Origin: Planctomycetota bacterium
GTDB lineage: Bacteria > Planctomycetota > UBA1135 > UBA2386
NCBI GenBank assembly: GCA_046290465.1
Contig: JBKAGP010000001.1
Coordinates: 5,536,001 to 5,600,000 of the forward strand
DNA length: 64,000 nt
Reading direction: 5' to 3'
This document shows, in pieces, positions 8,475 through 17,422 of this stretch (the stretch's first letter is position 1; each line of letters begins with the position of its first letter). The notes beneath the pieces are model-generated. The model saw nothing but the letters and a program-made list of their open reading frames with translations. It searched no databases and had not been told where the DNA came from. A program made the position numbers and the translations under genes.

Positions 8475-10457
8475 ATGGACGCCGTCGCCGCATCGACCAG
8501 CAACGCATCACCCGGCACCGCATCGCCCACGACCAAGGGCCTGCTCGCCAGGCTGCCGCTGCTGCTCGCCCTGCTGCTGCTGGCCCTGATCGCGGTGCCG
8601 CGCGTGCACGGCCACGAGCACCTGCTGTGGTCGTTCGTCGGGGTCGGCGCCGGCCTGTGCGTCTGGTATGCGCTGCTGGCGCGGTCCCGCCGGTCGCTGG
8701 CGGTCGACGCGGTCCGTCCGGTCAAGCAGCACTACATCCAGGCCTCGGTGCAGATCGTCCTGTACCTCTACTGGGGCTTCCTCTGGCAGGACGTCGACGG
8801 CACGCGCCCGATCTACGCGCAGGCGCCGCTGATCCTGGCGCAGTTCTGCTACCTGTACGCGTTCGACGGCCTGTGGTCGTGGACGCGCGGCCGCGCCTGG
8901 CGGCTGAGTTCGGGGCCGACGCCGATCGTGCTGTCGACCAACCTGTTCATCTGGTTCCGCGACGACTTCTTCGTCTGGCAGTTCGCGATGATCACCGCCG
9001 GTCTGCTCGGCAAGGAGTTCCTGCGCTGGCGCAAGGATGGCCGCCGAACGCACATCTTCAACCCGTCGGGCTTCGGCCTGATGTGCGCGGCGACGGTGCT
9101 GATCCTGCTTGGCGAGACCGACGCGACCTGGGCCAAGCCGCTGTCGACCACGATCGCGGTGCCCGGCATCTTCCTGCTGATCTTCGCCCTCGGTCTGGTG
9201 GTGCAGCACTTCTTCGCGGTGACGCTGATGACGTTCGCCGCGGCGCTGGCGATGATCGCCACCAACCTCGTCTACCAGCAGGTGACCGGCGTCTACCTGT
9301 TCATCAGCACCAACCTGCCGGCCGCCGCGTTCCTCGGGTTGATGCTGCTGATGACCGACCCGTCGACGTCGCCGCGCACCAACGTCGGCCGCACGCTGTT
9401 CGGCGCGGGCTATGGCCTCGGCTACATCATCGCGTTCGAACTGCTCAACCGGATCGGCGCGCCGGACCTCTACGCCAAGCTGTATCCGGTGCCGGTGCTC
9501 AACCTGACCGTGCAGTGGCTGGACCGGTTCGCGCACCGGGGCGCCATCGGCCGCCTCAACGAACGCTGGGAGCGCGGCGTGTCGCCGCGGGTCAGCAACG
9601 CGATCCACATGGCGCTGTGGGCGGCGGTGTTCGTCGGCCTGTTCTCGACCGGCTACTTCGAACGCACGCATCCTGGCAACTCGATCACGTTCTGGAAGCG
9701 CGCGGTCGCCGAGCAGCGCGCCAACGCGTCGCGCGGCCTGGTCAAGATCACCGGCTCGCGTGCGGTCGATCCGATGGTCGACGGCGCGGCGCGCGCCGCC
9801 GCCTACAACGAGCTCGGTATCCTCAGCATGACCGAGGGCATCGACGATGCGAGCGAGCAGGCGCGCATCGGCAACGCGGCGAAGTGGTTCGCGCAGGCGG
9901 CCGAACTCGGCAGCGACGAGGGCAGCAAGAACGTGCTGCAGCACTTCCTGTTCCACCGCGCCCGCCGCAGCGACCGCGACCTCGGGGCAGCGCTGCAGCG
10001 CGCGCAGACGCTCGGCGTGCAGGGCGATGCGCGCGCGGCGTTCCTGATCGGACTGGCGGTCGAGACCGGTGTCGGCGTGCGGCCGGACCCGCGCGGCGCG
10101 CTGTCGTTCTACCGGCGCTGCCCGCCGACGGATCCGTTCGCGGCGCGCGGCATCGCCCGCATCGGGCTCGCGGCGGGGCCAGGCTTCGACCTGCGCGCGG
10201 TCGCGCCGGAGCTGCAGCGGGCCGCCGAGGCCGGCGACGGCGAGAGCTGCTTCTACCTGTCCTACATGCACCGCCGCGGTCAGGGTGTCGAACGCGACGA
10301 AGCGCGCGCCAACCAGCTGCTGCGGCGCGCGGCGGAGGCCGGATTCGAGCCCGCGGTCGCGGCGCGCGGGCGCGACGAGGCGCCGCCTTTCGCGCCGCCG
10401 CGACGCAAGCACATGTCGGCGCCGCCGTTCACGACGGCGTTTCCGGTCAGCGGGTGA
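8475..10457 (+). CDS. Polytopic membrane protein (RnfD/NqrB/UnbU-like) fused to C-terminal SEL1 repeats
   Basis: Multiple TM helices with HIFNPSGFG and MTDPSTSP motifs; C-terminal repeats such as WFAQAAELG, G.GV.PD...A..FY, YLSYMHRRGQGVERD. Confidence 0.75.
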   Translation: MDAVAASTSNASPGTASPTTKGLLARLPLLLALLLLALIAVPRVHGHEHLLWSFVGVGAGLCVWYALLARSRRSLAVDAVRPVKQHYIQASVQIVLYLYWGFLWQDVDGTRPIYAQAPLILAQFCYLYAFDGLWSWTRGRAWRLSSGPTPIVLSTNLFIWFRDDFFVWQFAMITAGLLGKEFLRWRKDGRRTHIFNPSGFGLMCAATVLILLGETDATWAKPLSTTIAVPGIFLLIFALGLVVQHFFAVTLMTFAAALAMIATNLVYQQVTGVYLFISTNLPAAAFLGLMLLMTDPSTSPRTNVGRTLFGAGYGLGYIIAFELLNRIGAPDLYAKLYPVPVLNLTVQWLDRFAHRGAIGRLNERWERGVSPRVSNAIHMALWAAVFVGLFSTGYFERTHPGNSITFWKRAVAEQRANASRGLVKITGSRAVDPMVDGAARAAAYNELGILSMTEGIDDASEQARIGNAAKWFAQAAELGSDEGSKNVLQHFLFHRARRSDRDLGAALQRAQTLGVQGDARAAFLIGLAVETGVGVRPDPRGALSFYRRCPPTDPFAARGIARIGLAAGPGFDLRAVAPELQRAAEAGDGESCFYLSYMHRRGQGVERDEARANQLLRRAAEAGFEPAVAARGRDEAPPFAPPRRKHMSAPPFTTAFPVSG

Positions 10458-10551
10458 TCGGGGCCGCGCTCACGGTGCTCGCAGCGGCGGCGATCTCCTG
10501 GTTCGGGAGGTTGCTCCCCCTTCCCTCCACTCCGGATAGCATCAGGCCCGG

Positions 10552-11367
10552 ATGAGAACACGCTTGGTTTGCGTGGCGGTCGCGATCGCCGCTGGCTGCG
10601 TCGTCTACCTGCAGTCGACGAGGGGCGAGGTGCTCGACCCCAGATCCAATCCGTCCGCAGGGTCGGAACTGGATGACCGGCGCCCGCGGGCAGCCGATCA
10701 AGATTCCGAGGCCGCGATTGCGGCTCGCGATCGTCATCCGATGACTCCATCCCGCAGCGTCGACGGCCGGAAGCCTGCGAGTCTCGATGCTCTCTTCAAG
10801 GCGCATCTGGAACCCGCTCCGGACTACTTGCAAGAAGCGGCTAGCAAGGCTTTCACGCAGCAGGCCACGTTGATCTCCGGCCAGATGGCAGGCAGGAGTC
10901 AGGATCGCATGTCGGACGTCATGTCGGTCGTGCAGGACGGGTATGCCGTCCGGTTGCGGCGACTGGCTGCTCAGGCCACGGCCGACGGGCGCGGGCTGCT
11001 GCTCGTCGGCGGCTGCGACTTTCGCGAGGCGATCGCCGGGAAGACGCATGTGCGCTGGTCCGGTGGCGAGTCGCTGTTCGGGAAGGGCCTCGAGGTGCTG
11101 GTCGTGCTCGAAGAGGAGGATGCAGAACTCGTAGAGTTCGATCGCCGGATTCGTGAGCTGCGTGCGATCGATCTCGCTGAGCGCTTGCAGCACTTCAACA
11201 ATCTGCCGGTGGAGCAGCGCTCGGCAGCGATCAAGGAGTATCGACGCTGTCTGGCTGATGGCACGGCGGATGACCAGGGCCGTGAGTGGTTCGGGATCGA
11301 CGCCCGCGAACTGCGGTGGATCCGGGTCGACCCGGGCACCCTGCAGATCGTGCCCACCGGTCGGTAG
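10552..11367 (+). CDS. Hypothetical protein with N-terminal anchor and atypical codon usage
   Basis: 271-aa ORF filling the gap, hydrophobic N-terminus, more A/T third positions than neighbours. Confidence 0.6.
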   Translation: MRTRLVCVAVAIAAGCVVYLQSTRGEVLDPRSNPSAGSELDDRRPRAADQDSEAAIAARDRHPMTPSRSVDGRKPASLDALFKAHLEPAPDYLQEAASKAFTQQATLISGQMAGRSQDRMSDVMSVVQDGYAVRLRRLAAQATADGRGLLLVGGCDFREAIAGKTHVRWSGGESLFGKGLEVLVVLEEEDAELVEFDRRIRELRAIDLAERLQHFNNLPVEQRSAAIKEYRRCLADGTADDQGREWFGIDARELRWIRVDPGTLQIVPTGR

Positions 11368-11394
11368 CGCCGGGCGTGCACGCATCGGCGGCCG

Positions 11395-13959
11395 TCAGCG
11401 GCTGATCACCCGGATCGGTCGCAGGCCGAGCACGCCGTCACCGCCGTCCGGTGCGTGTGCGTAGCGCGTCGTCGATCGGCAGCCCAGTGCGCCGTCGCGC
11501 ACGCTGCCGCCGCGCACGGCCCGCCACGCCATCGGGTCGCGTTCGGCCCGCGCGCGCAGGCCGTCGTCGGCGCGCGCGTCGAAGTCCGGGTAGGGCAGCT
11601 TCTCGTCGCGACACCACTCGCGCACGTTGCCGTGCACGTCGCAGAGGCCGAAGCGGTTGGAACGCAGCTGCCCGCACAGCGCGATGGCGCCGTCGAACCA
11701 GCCGTACGCAGCCGCGGCCTCGGGATCGCTGCCGCTGCACCAGGGCGTGCTGGTGCCGGCACGGCACGCATACTCCCACTGCACCTCGGTCGGCAGCGTC
11801 ATGCCCCAGCGACGCAGTTCGCGCATCGACGTGTGCCAGTCGACGTCGGTCATCGGCAGGCGCGGGTCGAGGTTGGACAGGTCCCGGCCCGTCAACCTGG
11901 CGAACTGCACCACGCTCAGCTCGGTGCGCGCGACCAGGAACGGCTCGAGCGCCACGATCGCGTCGTTGAGTTCGTCGCTGCTGGCGTGCTCGTCGTTGCG
12001 ATCCATGCCCGGCTCGTTGCGGCGCGCCCCGACCGCGATGCGGCCGCCGGGCACCAGCACCAACACCACGCCGGTGCCGGCGTCGGTCTGCAGGTCGCCG
12101 CTGCGCGTGTCGCGCGTCGGCAGCGGGTAGCCGTCGGCATGCGTGCGCAGGTCCAGGAACTCCCACAGCTTGGTGCGCGGGTGGCAGCCTATCGGAACCA
12201 GGCCGGGCAGCCGCGGCAGCGGCAGGCCGCGGTACTCGGTGCTGGCGAGGTCGCCGTCGCTGGCGCGGATCGCGGCGCGCGCGCGCCGCCAGACGTCGTC
12301 GTACTGCCGATCGTCGGCGAACGTCTCGCGGCTCCACTGCATCCGGGCCGCGACCCTCGCGGCGGTGCCGTCGTCACCCAAGAACGTGTCGAGGTGCTCG
12401 CGCAGCCGCAGCAGGGCCCGCTCGAGGTGGCGATCGACGGGGTCCAGCAGCTCGCCGCCCTGCTGCTCACGTCGGTTGGCGAGCGCCAGCAGACGGGCCT
12501 GCACCTTGATGCGTTCGGCGGTCAGCGACTCGGCGAACGTGCGGTTCCAGCGGTCGTAGGCGTCGAGGTGCTCGGGCCACGGCGGCGGCAGCTCCAGCTC
12601 GAGGCGGCGGCCCTGCTCGATGCGGTCCTCGTTGGCGAGCAGACGGAAGCCGGCATCGGCCTTGTCCTTCAACTCGCGGTTGGCCTGCTCCCGCAGGCTG
12701 GCCTCGCGGTTGGCGCGCTGCAGCGCCAGCGTCAGCAGCACCAGCGACACCGTCAGCAGCAGCGCCGCCGCGGCGAACGCGATCGACTGGCCGCGGTTGC
12801 GCCGCACGAACTTGCGCAGCCGGTACCACGTCGTCGGCGTGGCGACCTCGACCGGCTGGTCGGCGAGGTAGCGGCGCAGGTCCGCGGCCAGCTCCCCGAC
12901 GCCCGCGTAGCGGTGTTCGCGTTCCTTCTGCAAGGCCTTGCCGAGGATCGCGTCGAGGTCACCGCGCAGCGCCGGCGCGCGGCCGGGCGGCGCGATGTCG
13001 CTGGCACGCGACGGCTGGTGGCTGGCGATCACCCTGGCCATGCCGGCGACCCCCTGTGCGCGCAGCACCACGCCGGGGATCGGCAGCTGCTCGGTCAGCA
13101 GTTCGTAGAGCTGCACGCCGAGCGCGTAGACGTCGGCGCGGGTGTCGACGTCGCCGACGCGGCCGGCGGCCTGCTCGGGGCTCATGAACTCCGGCGTGCC
13201 CATCAGCGTGCCCTGGAACGTCATCGCGCCGCCCTGCAACAGCGGATCCGCGAGGGACTTGGCGATGCCGAAGTCGATGATCTTCGGCCGCGGACCTTCG
13301 TCGGTCGTCGCCAGCAGCACGTTGTTCGAACTGAGGTCGCGGTGCAGCACCTGCTTCTGGTGCGCGTGCTGCATCGCGTCGCAGACCTGCAGGAACAGCT
13401 CGATGCGCTGCCGCATCGGCACCTTCTGGCGCCGGCACCAGGCCACCAATGTCGGCCCCTCGACCAGCTCCATCGCGAAGAACGGCCGCCCCTTCGGCGT
13501 CGTGCCGGCGTCGAGCAGGCGCGCGATGCACGGATGGTCCATGCGGTTGAGGGCTTCGCGTTCGGCGGTGAAGCGCGCCAGGATCTCGCGCGAGTCCATG
13601 CCCGGGTTGAGCACCTTGACCGCGACCGGCCGCCGGATCGGCTCCTGCTGGTCGGAGCGGTAGACGGTGCCGAAGCCGCCGCGACCGATCACCGCCTGCA
13701 GCAGGTAGGGGCCGAGGCGCCGCGGCAACCGGTCGTCGTCACCGGCCTGCTCGGCGTCGCCCTCGTCGCCGTGCCAGTCGCCTTCGATCGCGCCGGCGGC
13801 GACCAGCCAGTTGCGCAGCGCGCGGGCGTGGCGAGGGTGTGCCGAGAGCAGTTCGTCGATCGCGGCGGCGCGTGCGTCGTCGTCGCCCTCGAGGATCTCG
13901 AGCGCGGCCTCCTCGAGGTCCTCCGGCAGGGTCTCGTCCGCCCACGACGGCTCGGTCAT
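11395..13959 (-). CDS. Ser/Thr protein kinase fused to FGE-sulfatase (SUMF1-like) domain
   Basis: GRGGFGTV, VAVK, HRDLSSNNVL, DFG, GTPEFMSPE; TM segment; LPTEVQWEYACRAG, NRFGLCDVHGNVREW, RGGS. Confidence 0.92.
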   Translation of the reverse strand: MTEPSWADETLPEDLEEAALEILEGDDDARAAAIDELLSAHPRHARALRNWLVAAGAIEGDWHGDEGDAEQAGDDDRLPRRLGPYLLQAVIGRGGFGTVYRSDQQEPIRRPVAVKVLNPGMDSREILARFTAEREALNRMDHPCIARLLDAGTTPKGRPFFAMELVEGPTLVAWCRRQKVPMRQRIELFLQVCDAMQHAHQKQVLHRDLSSNNVLLATTDEGPRPKIIDFGIAKSLADPLLQGGAMTFQGTLMGTPEFMSPEQAAGRVGDVDTRADVYALGVQLYELLTEQLPIPGVVLRAQGVAGMARVIASHQPSRASDIAPPGRAPALRGDLDAILGKALQKEREHRYAGVGELAADLRRYLADQPVEVATPTTWYRLRKFVRRNRGQSIAFAAAALLLTVSLVLLTLALQRANREASLREQANRELKDKADAGFRLLANEDRIEQGRRLELELPPPWPEHLDAYDRWNRTFAESLTAERIKVQARLLALANRREQQGGELLDPVDRHLERALLRLREHLDTFLGDDGTAARVAARMQWSRETFADDRQYDDVWRRARAAIRASDGDLASTEYRGLPLPRLPGLVPIGCHPRTKLWEFLDLRTHADGYPLPTRDTRSGDLQTDAGTGVVLVLVPGGRIAVGARRNEPGMDRNDEHASSDELNDAIVALEPFLVARTELSVVQFARLTGRDLSNLDPRLPMTDVDWHTSMRELRRWGMTLPTEVQWEYACRAGTSTPWCSGSDPEAAAAYGWFDGAIALCGQLRSNRFGLCDVHGNVREWCRDEKLPYPDFDARADDGLRARAERDPMAWRAVRGGSVRDGALGCRSTTRYAHAPDGGDGVLGLRPIRVISR

Positions 13960-13995
13960 GCCGCAGATCATGGCATGCGAAGTTTTCTGCTCCAA

Positions 13996-14025
13996 CGGCG
14001 TGCGGTCGGGCACGGACGGTTCTTC
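13996..14025 (+). promoter_or_regulatory. Bipartite motif CGGCGTGCG-N13-GGTTCTTC, copy 1 (possible ECF-sigma promoter)
   Basis: Identical blocks and spacing upstream of both paralogs while the spacer sequence diverges. Confidence 0.5.
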
Positions 14026-14070
14026 AGCGGGAGAACGACGAATCCACCAACCACCGACCCCGATCGAACC

Positions 14071-15510
14071 ATGACCTCCCGCACCCTGCTGACCCTGTCC
14101 GCCGCCGCCGCGCTCGCCGCGACCGCATCCGCCCAGATCCCCGGCTACCTGGTGACCTACTCGCAGACCGAGAGCACGTTCTCGGGCAGCGGCGGCACCG
14201 TGCTCGGCCAGTTGCTGCCCAACGAGGTCAGCAGCTTCGCGCCGAACAGCGTCACCTGCGCCACCGCCTCGGCCGAGAAGTGGCTGCCGCGCACCGCGTC
14301 GCACGTGATGGCCGGCGACGAGGACGGCGACGGCCTCTACTTCAACCCGTCGATCTTCGGCCCGATCGACGCGCTGCTCAGCGTGCCCAACGCAGCCGGC
14401 ATCGGCGGCGACACCCAGCGCAGCGTGTTCTGGTCGGTGTCCAGCGCGATGGGCAACAACATCAGCGCGACGCCGTTCCGCCCCGGCGACGTCGCCCGGA
14501 TCGTGCGCAACGCGGTCGGCGAAGGCCAGGTCGAGCACTTCATCCGCCAGGAGATGATCCAGTCGGCGCTCGGCCTGCCGGCCAGCTCGATCGTCGACGT
14601 CGACGCGATCGCGTTCGGTCCCAACTACGGCGTGTTCTTCTCGCTCGACCAGGACACGCTGGCGATGACCGACTGCGGCCCGACCCTGGTCCGCGACGGC
14701 GACGTGCTGTGCATCCCGCCGTACGCGCTGAACTACACGCCCGACCTGCGCATCGCCGGCGTGGTGCCGTCGGCGGCGGTGGTCGTCTACGACGAGAATA
14801 CGATGGACGCGTTCACGGCCAACGCGCAGGTCACCGACCGCTTCGGCAACTGCCTGTCTGCCGCGGTCGACGTCGAGTCGCTGGTGATCGACTACACCGG
14901 CCCGAGCGTCGCCGTCACGTCGTGCGCGGGCATCACGCTGCCGGTGCCGTCGCTGCTGTTCTCGGTCGAGACCGGCACCGGCGCGAGCGTGCTGACGACC
15001 GCGTTCGGCGGCCAGATCCACAACACGCTGTGCGGCCCGGCCGGCACCAGCTGCGGCTTCGGGCCGACGTGGGGGCCGCAGATGGGCATCCAGCCGACCT
15101 CGGCGACCACGGGCGCGCCGAGCTACGTCAACGCGCTGACCGGCGCGCGCACCTGCCACAACGTGCTCGAGCCGCAGCAGCACGTCATGAACGTGTTCCC
15201 GCTCGGCGCCCCGGCCGGCGCCAACGCGATCGACTACGGCTCGGAGTTCGCGTTCAACGTCGCGCTGGTCGAGATCGTGCCGCCGACCGTGCCGTGGTCG
15301 ATCCCGGCGTTCCCGTGGTCGCAGATGTGCTTCCCGGACCTCTACGCCAGCAGCATCCTGGTGCACGCGTTCCCGCTGTTCGGCACCTTCGGCAGCTTCC
15401 CGATGGTCGCGATCCCGCCGGCCTGGAGCGGCAAGGTGCTCTACCAGAACGTCGGCTTCGGCGCCGGCACGTTCGAGCTGAGCACGCCCTGCGTGGTCGA
15501 CGTGCAGTAG
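14071..15510 (+). CDS. Secreted Cys-containing hypothetical protein, paralog A
   Basis: Signal peptide ending ASA|Q; colinear similarity to 15847-17271. Confidence 0.88.
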   Translation: MTSRTLLTLSAAAALAATASAQIPGYLVTYSQTESTFSGSGGTVLGQLLPNEVSSFAPNSVTCATASAEKWLPRTASHVMAGDEDGDGLYFNPSIFGPIDALLSVPNAAGIGGDTQRSVFWSVSSAMGNNISATPFRPGDVARIVRNAVGEGQVEHFIRQEMIQSALGLPASSIVDVDAIAFGPNYGVFFSLDQDTLAMTDCGPTLVRDGDVLCIPPYALNYTPDLRIAGVVPSAAVVVYDENTMDAFTANAQVTDRFGNCLSAAVDVESLVIDYTGPSVAVTSCAGITLPVPSLLFSVETGTGASVLTTAFGGQIHNTLCGPAGTSCGFGPTWGPQMGIQPTSATTGAPSYVNALTGARTCHNVLEPQQHVMNVFPLGAPAGANAIDYGSEFAFNVALVEIVPPTVPWSIPAFPWSQMCFPDLYASSILVHAFPLFGTFGSFPMVAIPPAWSGKVLYQNVGFGAGTFELSTPCVVDVQ

Positions 15511-15534
15511 CCGCACGCTGGTTCGAAGTCGAAC

Positions 15535-15570
15535 GACGGCCGCTCCGCGCGCACGCGTGGGGCGGCCGTC
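15535..15570 (+). terminator. GC-rich hairpin after paralog A
   Basis: GACGGCCGCTCC...GGGGCGGCCGTC inverted repeat; no clear U-tract. Confidence 0.45.
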
Positions 15571-15621
15571 TCGCGTTCTGCGCAGCTGCCCGCCCCCAGG
15601 CCCTTGGCCGGTCCCGCCCCC

Positions 15622-15657
15622 AAAAGAAAGCGCCGCGGCTCCCCAGCCGCGGCGCTT
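15622..15657 (-). terminator. Rho-independent terminator on the minus strand
   Basis: Perfect 13-bp stem AAGCGCCGCGGCT/AGCCGCGGCGCTT, 4-nt loop, running into a T-rich tract (TTTCTTTT) on the minus strand. Confidence 0.75.
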
Positions 15658-15710
15658 CGTGCCCATCTCTCGGCTCCCCCTCAGGAGCCTTCTCGTCTGC
15701 AACCGCCCTG
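15622..15710 (-). ncRNA. Candidate small RNA (about 90 nt)
   Basis: Upstream TGCAAC-N17-CGTT (15740-15714), internal hairpin GGCTCC-TGAGGG-GGAGCC, terminator at the end, no credible minus-strand CDS. Confidence 0.4.
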
Positions 15711-15775
15711 GACAACGGGCCCGAGCCCGTCGGCGTTGCAGGCGCCCTGCGGGGCGCCAAAAAAAACTGGGCCCT

Positions 15776-15805
15776 CGGCGTGCGCGCGGGGCCGGCTGGT
15801 TCTTC
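15776..15805 (+). promoter_or_regulatory. Bipartite motif CGGCGTGCG-N13-GGTTCTTC, copy 2
   Basis: See copy 1. Confidence 0.5.
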
Positions 15806-15846
15806 GGGGGGTGAACGACCACCAACCACCAACCCCGGATCGAACC

Positions 15847-17271
15847 ATGAACCAGCTCTCCCTGTCCCTGATCGCCACCGCCGCCCTCGCCGCCGCCACC
15901 ACGGCCCAGGCGCCGACCTTCCTGCTGACCTACTCGCAGCCCGAGATGACCAACTCGGGCAGCGGCGGCACCGTGCTCGGCCAGCTGCTCCCCAACGAGA
16001 TCGCCTACGTCGACTTCACCGTGCCGTGTGCGCTCGCCTCGGCCGAGAAGTGGATGCCGCGCACCTGCACCCACGTGATGGCCGGCGACGAGGACGGCGA
16101 CGGCGTGCTCTTCGAGAACAACCTGCTCGGCCGCATCGACGCGCTGGTCACGACGGCCAACTGGACCTCGCCGGTCGGCGGCGACACCCAGCGTTCGATC
16201 TGCTACTCGCCGTCGCAGCCGATGGGCACCACGATCAGCGGCGGGCCCGGCCTGCGCCCCGGCGACATCGGCCGCATCGTGCGCGTCGGCGCCGCCGACG
16301 GCCAGGTGCAGCACTTCATCACGCAAGAACTGCTCAACAACGCGCTCGGCCTGCCGCCGGCCTACGCGATCGACATCGACGCCGCCGCGTTCCAGCCGAA
16401 CTACGGCCTGTTCTTCTCGGTCGACGCCGACGTGATCGCGATGACCATGTGCGGCCCGATGATGATCCGCGACGGCGACGTGCTGTGCCTGCCCGGCGGC
16501 ACGATGGGCTACACCAGCGACCTGCGCGTCGCCGCGACCACGCCCAACAGCGCGGTCGTCGTCTACAGCGAGGCGCAGATGAACGTCTTCACCGCCAACG
16601 CGCAGGTCACCGACCGGTTCGGCGCCTGCGTCACGACGGTCGGGGACGTCGAGTCGCTCGAGATGGACCTGTTCGGTCCGACGCTGACGCTGACGCCGTG
16701 CCCGGGCGTCACGGTGCCGGTCCCCAACCTCTACTACTCGTGCGAGAACGGCACCGGCGCCAGCCTGCTGCAGGTCGCCGGTGGCGGCAGCATCGTGCCG
16801 ACCCCGTGCGGCCTGGCCGGCACGCCGTGCTCGTCGGGCGGCCCGACCTTTGGGCCGCAGATGGGCGTGCGACCGCCGAGCACGACCACCGGTGTCGCCA
16901 GCTTCGTCAACGCCCTGGCCAACACGCGGGTCTGCACGCACACGCTCGAGCCGCAGCAGCACGTCGTGTTCAGCCCGGCCCCGCCGGTGCAGGTCGACTA
17001 CAACAACCCGTTCGTGCTCAGCCTGATCCTGATCGAGCTGGTCTCGCCGGTCGTGCCGGCCTCGGTCCCGGCGTTCCCGTTCTCGCCGACCTGCTTCCCC
17101 GGCCTCTACGCGCCGTCGATCATCTCGTGGACGCCGGTCGGCCCCGGCTTCGGCTCGTTCCCGACCCCGGCGTTCCCGGCCGCGTTCACCGGCAAGGTGC
17201 TGTTCCAGGGCGTCGGCTTCTCGACCGGCACGTTCGAGCTGAGCACGCCGGCGGTGATCGACGTGCTGTAG
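15847..17271 (+). CDS. Secreted Cys-containing hypothetical protein, paralog B
   Basis: Signal peptide ending TTA|Q; shares TYSQ.E...SGSGGTVLGQLLPNE, HVMAGDEDGDG, FTANAQVTDRFG, GTFELSTP with paralog A. Confidence 0.88.
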   Translation: MNQLSLSLIATAALAAATTAQAPTFLLTYSQPEMTNSGSGGTVLGQLLPNEIAYVDFTVPCALASAEKWMPRTCTHVMAGDEDGDGVLFENNLLGRIDALVTTANWTSPVGGDTQRSICYSPSQPMGTTISGGPGLRPGDIGRIVRVGAADGQVQHFITQELLNNALGLPPAYAIDIDAAAFQPNYGLFFSVDADVIAMTMCGPMMIRDGDVLCLPGGTMGYTSDLRVAATTPNSAVVVYSEAQMNVFTANAQVTDRFGACVTTVGDVESLEMDLFGPTLTLTPCPGVTVPVPNLYYSCENGTGASLLQVAGGGSIVPTPCGLAGTPCSSGGPTFGPQMGVRPPSTTTGVASFVNALANTRVCTHTLEPQQHVVFSPAPPVQVDYNNPFVLSLILIELVSPVVPASVPAFPFSPTCFPGLYAPSIISWTPVGPGFGSFPTPAFPAAFTGKVLFQGVGFSTGTFELSTPAVIDVL

Positions 17272-17314
17272 GCGAGCATGGGGCGCGGCCGGCAGCGGCC
17301 GCAGCGACGGACCA

Positions 17315-17348
17315 GCGGCCGCGCGCCCCGATCGGGGTGCGCGGCCGT
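17315..17348 (+). terminator. GC-rich hairpin after paralog B
   Basis: GCGGCCGCGCGCCCC-GATC-GGGGTGCGCGGCCGT. Confidence 0.45.
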
Positions 17349-17422
17349 TCGTCGTCGGCGGACGTGCCGGGAGTCGTCGGAGCGGGCTTGTCCGCGACCG
17401 GCCGAGCCTCCAGGCTCTGGCC

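Noticed and set aside
10454..10555. 33-aa hydrophobic ORF bridging two genes
   Set aside because: No RBS or motif support, and it overlaps the probable promoter of the next gene.
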